Source of the DNA: Methanothrix sp.
GTDB taxonomy: Archaea; Halobacteriota; Methanosarcinia; Methanotrichales; Methanotrichaceae
NCBI GenBank assembly: GCA_963682135.1
Contig: OY821645.1
Coordinates: 2,400,001-2,464,000, forward strand
Reading direction: 5' to 3'
Length of the DNA: 64,000 nucleotides
The notes below the pieces were generated by a model. That model had not been told where the DNA came from. It did not search any database and worked only from the letters and a program-made list of their open reading frames with translations. The stretch's first letter is position 1. Every line of letters begins with the position of its first letter. Of this stretch, positions 1 through 11,865 are shown one piece after another. The translations under genes and the position numbers were made by a program.

Positions 1-363
1 GCCGATCCTGGCCTTCTTCTGAATCTGATTGGCTACATCGTCCATGCTGGCACCGCTGGCAGCCAGGGAGCGGATCTCTTCCAAAGTGGCATCTTCCACG
101 GTGAAGTATTCATCGAGATCCTTTCTGTGGCCCCAGACATCTCCTTCCAGAAGCTCAATGCCCTGCATATCCAGGAATACCTGGATGGCATTGGACATGG
201 TCTTGCGGTAGGAGGGTGGTACCTGAATCATTCTCAGCCTGGGGCATCTCTGCATCAGATTGAGGAAGTCTACATTGCTGGCGCGAAAAGCAAGGTGAAC
301 CGTCTTTTCATTAGGGTTGAGATTTGGAATCTCATTTCTAGCGCTGACAACTCTAAGTCTCAT
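1..363 (-). CDS. DUF1699 family protein (3' end runs off the window)
   Basis: Manual translation from ATG at 363: MRLRVVSARNEIPNLNPNEKTVHLAFRASNVDF...GDVWGHRKDLDEYF, typical of Methanosarcinales DUF1699; no stop within the window. Confidence 0.8.
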   Translation of the reverse strand, partial: MRLRVVSARNEIPNLNPNEKTVHLAFRASNVDFLNLMQRCPRLRMIQVPPSYRKTMSNAIQVFLDMQGIELLEGDVWGHRKDLDEYFTVEDATLEEIRSLAASGASMDDVANQIQKKARIG

Positions 364-784
364 AGATTCTCCAGTTTAGCAAATAGTGTATCATAGTATT
401 AATAGACGCTTCAGCTGGACACATACGTACAGAACGGTATCAACAACACATATACAAGTCAATAAAACAAATCTCAAAACGCTGCTAAATCGATTTATTT
501 AAGTCCTCCTATCTTGAAGAAGACTATTGGCAATAATGAATAATTCACAGATACGAAAAAAGAGCAAGCATTTTAGAATTCGCCATTAATTGCTCCGGCA
601 ATGATTCTTACAGACTCCTGCTAGATCCATATTCTGATGATCATGTAGCAAGAATAGGAAAGCTTATGCCTAATCCTTCTGCTTGCCATTAGCCTTATAT
701 AACTTATCCGTGGTTCTGGTCCAGAATTGAAAAGCAAAGGCGATGGGGTTATAAAGAAGAGGGACCGTATAGGAGAAGATCTTC

Positions 785-2491
785 ATGGGCAGGGTTAAGC
801 TTACAGACACGGTTTTTAGGGATGCTCACCAGTCTCTTCTGGCCACCAGGATGAGGACCAGGGATATGCTACCCATAGCAGAGAAGATGGACCAGGTTGG
901 ATTCTTCTCATTGGAAACATGGGGCGGAGCGACGTTCGATACCTGTATTCGGTACCTGAACGAAGATCCCTGGGAAAGGCTAAGGGCATTAAAGAAGGCC
1001 ATGCCGAATACTCCGATGCAGATGCTGCTTCGCGGGCAGAACCTGGTCGGATACAGGCATTATGCTGACGATGTAGTGGATAAGTTTGTGGAGAAGGCAG
1101 CCAATAATGGTGTCGATATTTTCAGGATATTCGATGCCGTTAACGACATTCGCAACATGGAGCGGTCGATCACAGCTGCGAAAAAAATGGAGAAGCATGT
1201 TCAGGGTGGCATTAGCTACACCATCAGTCCCGTACATAGTATAGAGGTCTTCGTGCAGTTTGCCGTAAAGCTGGCGGAGCTCGGATGCGACTCGATCTGC
1301 ATCAAGGATATGGCAGGACTGATAACCCCTCAAAATGCCTATGACCTCATCCGGGCTTTGAAAAAGGAGGTTAACCTGCCGGTGAATCTCCATACGCACT
1401 GCACCAGCGGTATGGCTCAGATGAGCTACTTCCATGCCTGTCAGGCAGGAGTCGACATCCTGGATACGGCCATATCGCCGCTCTCCGGCGGCAGCTCGCA
1501 GCCCGCCACAGAGAGCCTGGTGGCATCACTGCAGGGAACGTCCTACGACACTGGCCTGGATCTGGAGCTGCTTACCGAGATCAAGAGGTACTTCGAGAAG
1601 ATTGTGGAAATTTATGCGCCCGTATTTAACCCTATAACGGCACGCGTGGATACCAATGTCCTCATCTATCAGGTTCCTGGCGGCATGCTTTCCAATCTGG
1701 TATCCCAGCTCATCGAGCAAAAGGCAATGGACAAGTGGGAGGATGTGCTGGCCGAGATACCTAAGGTTCGAAAGGACCTGGGATATCCTCCCCTGGTCAC
1801 CCCCACCAGCCAGATAGTAGGCACGCAAGCAGTTCTTAATGTAATTACTGGCGACCGATACAAGATGGTCCCCAAAGAGGTCAAAGACTATGTCAAGGGC
1901 CTCTATGGAAAGTCGCCGGCGATGATCGACCCCCAGGTCAGGCTGAAGGTGCTCTGCGATGAGGAGCCCATTACAGTGCGCCCCGCAGATCTGCTGCAGC
2001 CGGAATATGAAAACGCCAGGAAAGCAGTCGATGCTTTGAAATTGGCCAAACAGGAAGAGGATTATCTTACTTATGCTCTCTATCCACAGGTGGCCATTAA
2101 GTTCCTGCAGGGAGCAGCTGTAGAAGAGCAACTTGTCAAAAAGATGCCAGCGGCAGCAGCGTCAGCTCCTCTGAAGGCAGAACCTATGGCACTCAATGTA
2201 GAGATTGACGGCGAGTCCTATCTGGTCAAGGTTGCCCCTGCCGGCATGACTATCGCAGAGGCTGTGCCCAAAGCTCCCAAGGATGGATTAACCGTGCCCA
2301 TGCAAGGCGTTATCATTCGCTATAAGGTTAAAAAGGGCGAAAAGGTGGCCGAAGGAGATGCAGTGGTCGTCATAGAGGCTATGAAGATGGAGCAAAACAT
2401 CCTGGCCAATAAGAATGGAACTGTAAAAGAGATCTATATCAATGAAGGGACCACAGTCAATCCCGGCGACGTACTGATGTCCATAGAATAG
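785..2491 (+). CDS. pycB: Pyruvate carboxylase subunit B / oxaloacetate decarboxylase alpha-type carboxyltransferase with biotin carrier domain
   Basis: RDAHQSLLATRMR, GGATFD, HTHCTSG, and C-terminal biotinylation motif EAMKME. Confidence 0.9.
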   Translation: MGRVKLTDTVFRDAHQSLLATRMRTRDMLPIAEKMDQVGFFSLETWGGATFDTCIRYLNEDPWERLRALKKAMPNTPMQMLLRGQNLVGYRHYADDVVDKFVEKAANNGVDIFRIFDAVNDIRNMERSITAAKKMEKHVQGGISYTISPVHSIEVFVQFAVKLAELGCDSICIKDMAGLITPQNAYDLIRALKKEVNLPVNLHTHCTSGMAQMSYFHACQAGVDILDTAISPLSGGSSQPATESLVASLQGTSYDTGLDLELLTEIKRYFEKIVEIYAPVFNPITARVDTNVLIYQVPGGMLSNLVSQLIEQKAMDKWEDVLAEIPKVRKDLGYPPLVTPTSQIVGTQAVLNVITGDRYKMVPKEVKDYVKGLYGKSPAMIDPQVRLKVLCDEEPITVRPADLLQPEYENARKAVDALKLAKQEEDYLTYALYPQVAIKFLQGAAVEEQLVKKMPAAAASAPLKAEPMALNVEIDGESYLVKVAPAGMTIAEAVPKAPKDGLTVPMQGVIIRYKVKKGEKVAEGDAVVVIEAMKMEQNILANKNGTVKEIYINEGTTVNPGDVLMSIE

Positions 2492-2504
2492 AGGTGTATG
2501 ATAA

Positions 2505-3380
2505 GTGACCGTTAAGAGAGAACAGGTGCTCATTGAGGCTTTGCCTTACATTCGTGAGTTCTATGACAGCATCATGGTCTTCAAGATAGGGGGATCTATC
2601 ATGTCCGATCGCACCGTCCTGGAGGATTTCATACAGGACGTGGTGCTTTTGCGCTATATCGGCATTCATCCCATCATTGTGCACGGCGGCGGACCAGAGA
2701 TCTCCCAGGCCATGGAGAAATTCGGCAAGAAGGCCGAGTTCGTGGGAGGCCTGCGTGTCACCGATAAAGAGACACTGGGCATCGCACGCATGGTATTGCT
2801 GGGCAATATCAACGCGGAGCTTGTTAATCTCATCGGCAAGCATGGTGGCAAGGGCATTGGACTTTCCGGCCAGGACGGCATGTTCCTTAAGGCCAGGAAG
2901 AAGGCACTGCTCAAGGTGGAGGGCATGGAGCCTGTGGACCTGGGATTCGTGGGCGATGTGGATAAGGTGGACCCGGAGATACTCATGATCATGGCCGGCA
3001 AGGGCTATATTCCTGTCATCTCTCCAATTGCGGCAGATGGCGAGGGCAATAACCTCAATGTTAATGCCGATACTGTGGCCGGAGCTGTGGCCGTGGCCAT
3101 GCGGGCCAAGAAGCTCTTCTCCATCACCGATGTGGAAGGCGTGCGCATGAATCCAAATGACCCGGCAAGCGTCATCTCTGAGTTTCCTGCTTCTGACTTC
3201 GACCGCTTGGTGGCGGAGGGCGTCATCAAGGGCGGCATGATCCCAAAGGTGGAAGCCTGCGTTGCAGTAGTGCGAAGCGGTGTGGAGAAAGCCCACATCA
3301 TAGACGGCAGAAAGCATCATGCCATACTGCTGGAGCTGCTCACCACGGAAGGCGTGGGCACCATGATCCGCAGAAGCTAA
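2505..3380 (+). CDS. argB: Acetylglutamate kinase
   Basis: LIEALPYI, KIGG, VHGGGPEI, GLRVTD, NVNAD, GGMIPKV motifs. Confidence 0.95.
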   Translation: MTVKREQVLIEALPYIREFYDSIMVFKIGGSIMSDRTVLEDFIQDVVLLRYIGIHPIIVHGGGPEISQAMEKFGKKAEFVGGLRVTDKETLGIARMVLLGNINAELVNLIGKHGGKGIGLSGQDGMFLKARKKALLKVEGMEPVDLGFVGDVDKVDPEILMIMAGKGYIPVISPIAADGEGNNLNVNADTVAGAVAVAMRAKKLFSITDVEGVRMNPNDPASVISEFPASDFDRLVAEGVIKGGMIPKVEACVAVVRSGVEKAHIIDGRKHHAILLELLTTEGVGTMIRRS

Positions 3381-3385
3381 AGGAG

Positions 3386-3417
3386 TTGAGGGCGGGGCCA
3401 AGCCAAACCGCCCTTAA
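3386..3417. terminator. Hairpin between convergent argB and peptidase genes
   Basis: TTGAGGGCGG...CCGCCCTTAA inverted repeat between the two stop codons. Confidence 0.35.
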
Positions 3418-3445
3418 AATCTCCCAAAAATGTTTAAAATCTTTC

Positions 3446-4336
3446 CTAAATATTGAACATGCCGGTGTCAACCCATTCGGCTTTCAGCAGTGACCACCAA
3501 TCGCTGGCCAGACCGTTTAGGACATAATCGTACGGCAACCAGCCATAGCCTTTGCTGCCCCAACCTATGCCCCAGCTATTCCTGATCAATAAGGCCCCTT
3601 TAGTGGATTTTTTATTATTGGCGTTGGTGATGACCTTCGCGTCATCGTATCCCACTGCATCTATGGCATGACCTCCCATCACTTTTTCGCCACTAGCTGG
3701 ATATGGTATCTCGCCGGATGCAGAAGCTTGACTGATTGAGCTGTAGACTGTGAATCCGAACATGGAAGGCAGTCCTGCAGAGAGGTTTTCCTTTATGGAC
3801 GTCAATAGTTTCGCTTTAGCAGTTCCTGGTGGGTCGTATCGGTAGTACTGGAGCGCCTTATAGTTCTTCGCGAATGAATACAAAAATGCGTTAGGTTCCT
3901 CATCGAACTTGCCGATTATGTATTGATAGTATTTTTCAGGTGGAACTCCGAAGAGAAGCATGGCTTCCGCAGTAGTCCTGAGGTACGCGCCGGTATCGCC
4001 GGTGACGCCCATGAGATTTCTGGTGGTCTTGTAAAGGAATAGACGGGAAGCGTCGAGATATGAATTAGCGGTTTTCTTCTCAAAGTACTCGAATATGCCC
4101 ACACCCGCGTTTGCTGTACATGAACCTAGCTGGCCCTGGTCTTCAATTGGAGGGCACCAGGCCCTCAAGTCTGCTGAAGCAGGCGTCGCTTTAGGGAAAG
4201 CGATCTTGCCGAGCAAGTCCTTAATTGCGGGTGTATTAATGGTGTAGTCTCTGATATCTGGCAGTTCGCGCAGCCATCCCATTCCTATAAATCCTTCTTT
4301 CTCCAGCCCCAGCTCATCAGCTCTTAATAATAACAT
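3446..4336 (-). CDS. Papain-like (C1A) cysteine peptidase
   Basis: DQGQLGSCTA (catalytic Cys), GGHAI (His), IRNSWG (Asn); ATG at 4336 follows a GGAGG RBS. Confidence 0.9.
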   Translation of the reverse strand: MLLLRADELGLEKEGFIGMGWLRELPDIRDYTINTPAIKDLLGKIAFPKATPASADLRAWCPPIEDQGQLGSCTANAGVGIFEYFEKKTANSYLDASRLFLYKTTRNLMGVTGDTGAYLRTTAEAMLLFGVPPEKYYQYIIGKFDEEPNAFLYSFAKNYKALQYYRYDPPGTAKAKLLTSIKENLSAGLPSMFGFTVYSSISQASASGEIPYPASGEKVMGGHAIDAVGYDDAKVITNANNKKSTKGALLIRNSWGIGWGSKGYGWLPYDYVLNGLASDWWSLLKAEWVDTGMFNI

Positions 4337-4438
4337 ATTGCTTCCTCCAATAATGACGCCAAAAAAAGTGCGGCGTTTCAAATTTTTTGGACACTAATCT
4401 AAGCGGAATCTATTTAAGTTTTTTGTATGTCCCTCAAA

Positions 4439-5704
4439 TCATTTCACCTTGATTGTCATCTCTGCAATATTGCTCATTACGTTAGATGCATTATCTTCTG
4501 CCTTGACTATGGCAATATATTCACCCATGCCTGCATTCGATCGCAATAATTTGAGATCGTAATGGGAAGATGGCATGCCTGAGAGCACTATCGGCCCGAT
4601 TATCTCCGATGCCTGTTCATCTTGTCTGACGGGTACCTTCGTATTGACAAAACCGATCTTGCTCTTATCTTTGATTATGGTAATATTATTCTTCGCGAAC
4701 TTTTCGTAATCTGTTCCTGGCACTGTGATATTCAGGATATCCTGCGAGATGTAATGAGTGAACCCATACGAATCCATTAATGCATTAAGCTGCCCATCCT
4801 CTCCGAAATAAGCCTGCGCACTGAAGTTCACTTTTTCATTCAGCTCAATGATGCAGGGGGCAGAGTAGGCGAGCAGACTGCTCAAATTCGCCATAACTCC
4901 CAGGTTATTGATTGCATATATCGCGCCCTTATCCTGGCCGTCTGCCGAAATTCTGAACCTGGCCCCTGGCCAGGTGAACTCCACCTCAGAGCTGCTGCCC
5001 GTCATTTCCTTCGTCTGTGCCCAGACGATCTCTCTGGTCTTATTGTCTACAATGTATTCTGTGGCGATCTTAAGATTGCCATCCGGGTCTGTGGCCACTG
5101 CCTTTATCTTCGAAGGGCTCTTTTCGCTCGCCGTATCAGATATAACTGAAATGGTAAGCTTGGGCTCTGGAGAGTGTCCGATAGCCTGAATCATCCAATT
5201 GGTCTGGTTCTGGGTGCTATTTTGCATACTCCAATTCGATATTCTGTTGGGATTTCTGGAGACCAGAACGGATCTGCCTGATGAAGGGGACTTGTCAACT
5301 CCCTGCCACACCCCGGCAAACTCGAAGAAGGCGATGAGAAAATTGCCGGATACCTTGACATCGGGCAGGTCAACTATTGACCAGGTCAGGTTATCACCGA
5401 AATATGAACTGGCTTTATCGGTAATCCTATACAGAAGAGATAGGTTTTGATCCCAAACCTCAATCACAAATATCTCGGATGGTGACGGCACAACCTGCTT
5501 TCCTAAAATGGCCACCTGGGATAGACTCCAATTATCGGCAGGAGCCGTGAAGACCACGCCGTGGCCCCTCTGTCCATCGATCCAGGCCGCATCTTCTACA
5601 CTGCCGTCATCATAAGTCAGGCTGACCATACTCGCGCTGACACAATCGAGGGTTAGTAATATGGCAATTGCCACCATTATGCAAGTCTTGCTCATTGATT
5701 TCAT
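4439..5704 (-). CDS. Secreted hypothetical protein
   Basis: 421-aa ORF with N-terminal signal peptide; overlaps nfeD stop. Confidence 0.7.
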   Translation of the reverse strand: MKSMSKTCIMVAIAILLTLDCVSASMVSLTYDDGSVEDAAWIDGQRGHGVVFTAPADNWSLSQVAILGKQVVPSPSEIFVIEVWDQNLSLLYRITDKASSYFGDNLTWSIVDLPDVKVSGNFLIAFFEFAGVWQGVDKSPSSGRSVLVSRNPNRISNWSMQNSTQNQTNWMIQAIGHSPEPKLTISVISDTASEKSPSKIKAVATDPDGNLKIATEYIVDNKTREIVWAQTKEMTGSSSEVEFTWPGARFRISADGQDKGAIYAINNLGVMANLSSLLAYSAPCIIELNEKVNFSAQAYFGEDGQLNALMDSYGFTHYISQDILNITVPGTDYEKFAKNNITIIKDKSKIGFVNTKVPVRQDEQASEIIGPIVLSGMPSSHYDLKLLRSNAGMGEYIAIVKAEDNASNVMSNIAEMTIKVK

Positions 5705-7056
5705 CTTCTCCCTGGTTTCACCAACAGTCTGGCACCTTCCTTGCCGGTGATCACAACATTCTCGCCTTTCTCTACCGTATCTTCCGCTTCTGCCTGCCAG
5801 TACTCTCCCTGGAAGAGCACGTAGCCCTCCCGGTCCAGCCTGTCAATGGCCACTGCTTCCTCTCCAACAATATGACCTAACAATGGCGGAGCAAACCGGG
5901 CTCGTGCTACCTTGTAAATGGCAAAGGCCAGGAATGCGCCTAAAATGAGCGAGGGCAGGATGATGGCCAGGGCCATAGACTTCTGGTAGCTTCCCGGCAC
6001 ATACCACTGGGGAAAGCTGGTGGGGATAAGAAGGATGCTGCCCACTATCACGCATATCAGCCCGGCTGCCGCCAGCATCCCAAAGGAATGGCTGTGCAGC
6101 TCTGCCAAGATCAGACCCAGGCCAAGCAGCAACAGAAAAACAGCACCTATATTCACACTATAGCCCATTCCGATCAGCCCTAAAGCCAGGGCTGCCACGC
6201 CCAATGCCTCTGAGCCGATGCCGGGACTGGACAGGCCGAAAACAAGGGCATAAAGGCCCACCAGCATGAGCAGCCCGGCAAGCGTCGGATCGGAGAGTAG
6301 CCTTAAGAGCTGCAAGTTTATAGGCGGGGAAAAGTGCTGCACAGCGACGGCCGCGGTGAGCAGGGTGGTATTCTTGACATGACTGCCGTTGATCTGATTT
6401 GCCAGGGTCTCGGGAGAAGGCGCGATATATTCGATCACTCCATAATCCATGGCCTCATCAGCATTAAGATTGAGATTGGAGACGACAAACTCTTTGGCAG
6501 CGGTCGTGTTTCGTCCGTGAGCTCTCGCTTTCTCCTCGATCAGGGCCACAATGGCATTAGTGGTCTTGCTGTCGTTGATAGGCTCGGTTTCGCCCAACGC
6601 TGAGAGCCGTACCGGCTGGGCTGAGCCTATTATGGCATGCGGCGCCATTGCCGCCACATCGGAGCCTATCAGGATGAGCGTTCCTGCCGACCAAGCTGCA
6701 GCACCCGAGGGATAGACATAGGCTATCACGGGTATCTCGGTTTCTTCTATCTGCCTGAGTATTTCATAGGTCTCTGTCAGGCCGCCGCCCGGCGTGTCCA
6801 ATAGAAGCATCACTGCCTGAAAGCCGCCCGCCTCTGCCTCCTGCAAAGCAGCAGCAACGATATCATCGCTGGCCGGCGTGATAGGGCCCTGCAGCTCTAC
6901 AGCCAAAACCGGTCCGGGATCGGCAGAGGCAATGGGAAGTCCCGGTAACAGTAGCAAGAACGATATGAGTAAAATGGTGGCTACTCTCTGCGTCCTGGGA
7001 GGAGATAGCCGGCCCGTTCTCCTCACAAATTCCGAGCAGGACCGGATCTTCTCCAT
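5701..7056 (-). CDS. nfeD: NfeD family membrane-bound serine protease (ClpP class)
   Basis: LDTPGG, AWSAG, IGSAQP, TM block, C-terminal OB domain with GEYWQA; adjacent to stomatin gene. Confidence 0.9.
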   Translation of the reverse strand: MEKIRSCSEFVRRTGRLSPPRTQRVATILLISFLLLLPGLPIASADPGPVLAVELQGPITPASDDIVAAALQEAEAGGFQAVMLLLDTPGGGLTETYEILRQIEETEIPVIAYVYPSGAAAWSAGTLILIGSDVAAMAPHAIIGSAQPVRLSALGETEPINDSKTTNAIVALIEEKARAHGRNTTAAKEFVVSNLNLNADEAMDYGVIEYIAPSPETLANQINGSHVKNTTLLTAAVAVQHFSPPINLQLLRLLSDPTLAGLLMLVGLYALVFGLSSPGIGSEALGVAALALGLIGMGYSVNIGAVFLLLLGLGLILAELHSHSFGMLAAAGLICVIVGSILLIPTSFPQWYVPGSYQKSMALAIILPSLILGAFLAFAIYKVARARFAPPLLGHIVGEEAVAIDRLDREGYVLFQGEYWQAEAEDTVEKGENVVITGKEGARLLVKPGRR

Positions 7057-7064
7057 CTACTTTT

Positions 7065-7922
7065 TCATCTCCTGGTTCTTGCGGTTTCGCTCTCTGCAAC
7101 TTTCAAGGCATCTTTCTTGGCCTCATCTTTTCGGGCTGTCTCTCTCTCGGAAAGCTCCCGGTTCAAGGCTGCTGTCAGGCCGGCCATAGAACCGGTCCCC
7201 GCGTCCCCACTGGGTGTGACCACAATGAGCGTCTTCTCCCTGGCGATATCGACCAATGTCTGCAGCTCCCTCAGCTTGAGGGCAGCAGGCACTTCTTCAT
7301 AAAGCCGGGCGGCATCGGTCATGGTCTTGGATGCCTGGAATTCGCCGTCTGCCAGGATTATGCGCGACCTCTTTTCTCTTTCCGATTCGGCCTGCTTGGC
7401 AATCGCTCTTCTCATAGACTCGGGCAGAGATACGTCTCTTAATGTGACTGCAGTAACTTTGATTCCCCAGGGATCAGTGTGCTGGTCCAAGATGGTCTGC
7501 AGTTTCTTGTTCAATTCGTCGCGCTTGGAGAGCAGATCGTCCAGTTCAATCTGTCCCAGGACGTCTCGCAAGGTAGTCTGTGCCAGCAAGGAGGTAGCAA
7601 GCTTGTAATTTTCCACCTGTATGATGGCCAGAGACGGATCCACAACCCGGTAGTAGATGACTGCGTCCACCTCCACGCTCACGTTGTCCTTGGTGATGAC
7701 CACTTGCTTGGCCACATCGATGGTAAAGACCCTCAGGTCAAGCAGCATGACGCGATCGATGATGGGGATAATGAAGAATATGCCAGGACCCTTCACTCCG
7801 GAAAAGCGCCCCAAACGAAATATAACCACTCGTTCATACTCACGAACGATCTTTATGGCCTGTGATAAGATAATAAACGCTACCAGAAGTGCTATTAGAG
7901 TAGATAAACCAATTTCTGCCAA
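7065..7922 (-). CDS. Stomatin/slipin (SPFH domain) protein
   Basis: EYERVVIFRLGR, ITKDNV, AQTTLR, WGIKV, ALKLRELQTL. Confidence 0.92.
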   Translation of the reverse strand: MAEIGLSTLIALLVAFIILSQAIKIVREYERVVIFRLGRFSGVKGPGIFFIIPIIDRVMLLDLRVFTIDVAKQVVITKDNVSVEVDAVIYYRVVDPSLAIIQVENYKLATSLLAQTTLRDVLGQIELDDLLSKRDELNKKLQTILDQHTDPWGIKVTAVTLRDVSLPESMRRAIAKQAESEREKRSRIILADGEFQASKTMTDAARLYEEVPAALKLRELQTLVDIAREKTLIVVTPSGDAGTGSMAGLTAALNRELSERETARKDEAKKDALKVAESETARTRR

Positions 7923-8095
7923 ATTAACACCATAATATTAATTGTGCTCTTGTCTTAAATAAGTACCCTGCCGCAAAATCCTGCGGATGACCACTTATCA
8001 AAACCGCGGTATTGGCACTACCATGCAGGAAAGTATAGAGTCCCGAAACACTCGGGACTATACAAGACTAAGAAGAAATCTGTCGGGATTGTGCC

Positions 8096-8593
8096 CTAGC
8101 TTATCACCTTTGCGCTCTCTATCTTCACCTCTTTTACCGGCCGGTCATTGGCACCCTTCTTCACCTTGGCCATGGCATCCACCACATCCATGCCCTCGAT
8201 CACTTTCCCGAAGACCGGATGCTTGCTGTCCAGGAAGTTGTTGTCCACCAGGTTGATGAAGAACTGGCTGCCGCCCGTGTTGGGCCCGGCATTGGCCATG
8301 CTGATGGTGCCGCGATCGTTCCTGTTCTTGCGGCTCAGCTCATCCTTGATGGCATAGCCCGGTCCCCCACAGCCTGTGCCGGTAGGGTCTCCGCCCTGGA
8401 CCATGAAGCCGTCTATGATGCGGTGAAAGATGACTCCGTCATAAAATCCCTTCTCTGCCAGCTTCTGGAAGTTGCCCGATGTGATGGGCGTGTCCTTGTA
8501 AAGCTGGATTGTGATGTCACCCATACTGGTCATAAGCCGTACTTTGACACCGTCTGAATTTGATGCTCCTTCTGCCATATTTATCAATTCCAT
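8096..8593 (-). CDS. Cyclophilin-type peptidyl-prolyl isomerase (cytoplasmic)
   Basis: FHRIIDGFMVQGGDP, SMANAGPNTGGSQFFIN, HPVFG. Confidence 0.92.
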   Translation of the reverse strand: MELINMAEGASNSDGVKVRLMTSMGDITIQLYKDTPITSGNFQKLAEKGFYDGVIFHRIIDGFMVQGGDPTGTGCGGPGYAIKDELSRKNRNDRGTISMANAGPNTGGSQFFINLVDNNFLDSKHPVFGKVIEGMDVVDAMAKVKKGANDRPVKEVKIESAKVIS

Positions 8594-8611
8594 TTGTTAA
8601 TATCAAGATGA

Positions 8612-9148
8612 TTAAGAGACCATCTTTGCCTCTATTATCTTCACATCAGTGAGCGGTCGATCATTGGCGTCTTTTTGCACCTTGGCTATGGCGTCTACCA
8701 CATCCATGCCGGCAATCACCTTTCCAAAAGCTGGGTGTTTGCTGTCCAGGAAGCTGTTGTCCTCCAGATTGATGAAGAACTGGCTGCCGCCTGTGTTCGG
8801 TCCGGCGTTGGCCATGCTGATGGTGCCGCGCTCGTTTCGATTGTGATCGGTGAACTCATCTTTGATGGAATAGCCCGGTCCACCCATGCCCGTGCCCTCC
8901 GGATCTCCGCCCTGAATCATGAAGCCGTCTATGACTCTATGAAAGATTACACCATTGTAGAATCCCTTATCCACCAGGCTCTTGAAATTATCTGTCGTAA
9001 TGGGCATGTCGTCGTAAAGCTGGATTGTGATGTCGCCCATGCTGGTCTTTAAGAGAACTTTATTCGCGCCTTCCTCTGCAGTTGCAGACGAACATCCGGA
9101 TATTACCAGTACCAGGATGACTATGGGTAAATAAAATATGGTTTTCAT
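8612..9148 (-). CDS. Cyclophilin-type peptidyl-prolyl isomerase with signal peptide
   Basis: Same cyclophilin motifs; N-terminal hydrophobic leader ending ISGC. Confidence 0.92.
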   Translation of the reverse strand: MKTIFYLPIVILVLVISGCSSATAEEGANKVLLKTSMGDITIQLYDDMPITTDNFKSLVDKGFYNGVIFHRVIDGFMIQGGDPEGTGMGGPGYSIKDEFTDHNRNERGTISMANAGPNTGGSQFFINLEDNSFLDSKHPAFGKVIAGMDVVDAIAKVQKDANDRPLTDVKIIEAKMVS

Positions 9149-9225
9149 CAGAATGACTCGTTATAACTGGAATAAATTAAACCTTTCCAGTCACATCGAG
9201 ATACTAAAGGAAATGTTGCATCATC

Positions 9226-9489
9226 TCATGTCTTCATAGCCCGGCTCTCATCGATCACAATGTAGTCCTTGATAGCCACCACTGACGTAAAAGGTATGAG
9301 CACAAACCTTCCGCTCTCCCTGTATTTCGAGCGGTTCAGCTCCCGGTTCGGCTTGACCAACAGGTCCACCAGCTTTCCTGTCTGCACCTCAAAAACCACA
9401 TCTTCAAGATCGCCCAACACCATGCCATCGATGTTTACGACCTCTTTTCCAGCAATGCTTGCCGAGAACACCTTTCCCATCCCTTTCAC
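9226..9489 (-). CDS. PRC-barrel domain protein
   Basis: GKEVVNIDGMVLGDLEDVVF...IPFTSVVAIKDYIVID. Confidence 0.85.
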   Translation of the reverse strand: MKGMGKVFSASIAGKEVVNIDGMVLGDLEDVVFEVQTGKLVDLLVKPNRELNRSKYRESGRFVLIPFTSVVAIKDYIVIDESRAMKT

Positions 9490-9539
9490 CTAATGATCCC
9501 TTTTACGGTTGAAAACATCTTTGCTTCCTGGCCAGGGCG

Positions 9540-11762
<2,223 letters not shown>

Positions 11763-11865
11763 TTATTTTAGCCCAATCGATATAAGTTTATCCGACTCCG
11801 AAGCTAATTTTATCGTCATATTTGATAGATAATCTAAATAAGGCTTCGAGAGATAAGCGAACTCC

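Noticed and set aside
29-396. Plus-strand ORFs 29-211 and 127-396
   Set aside because: Shadows of the minus-strand DUF1699 gene
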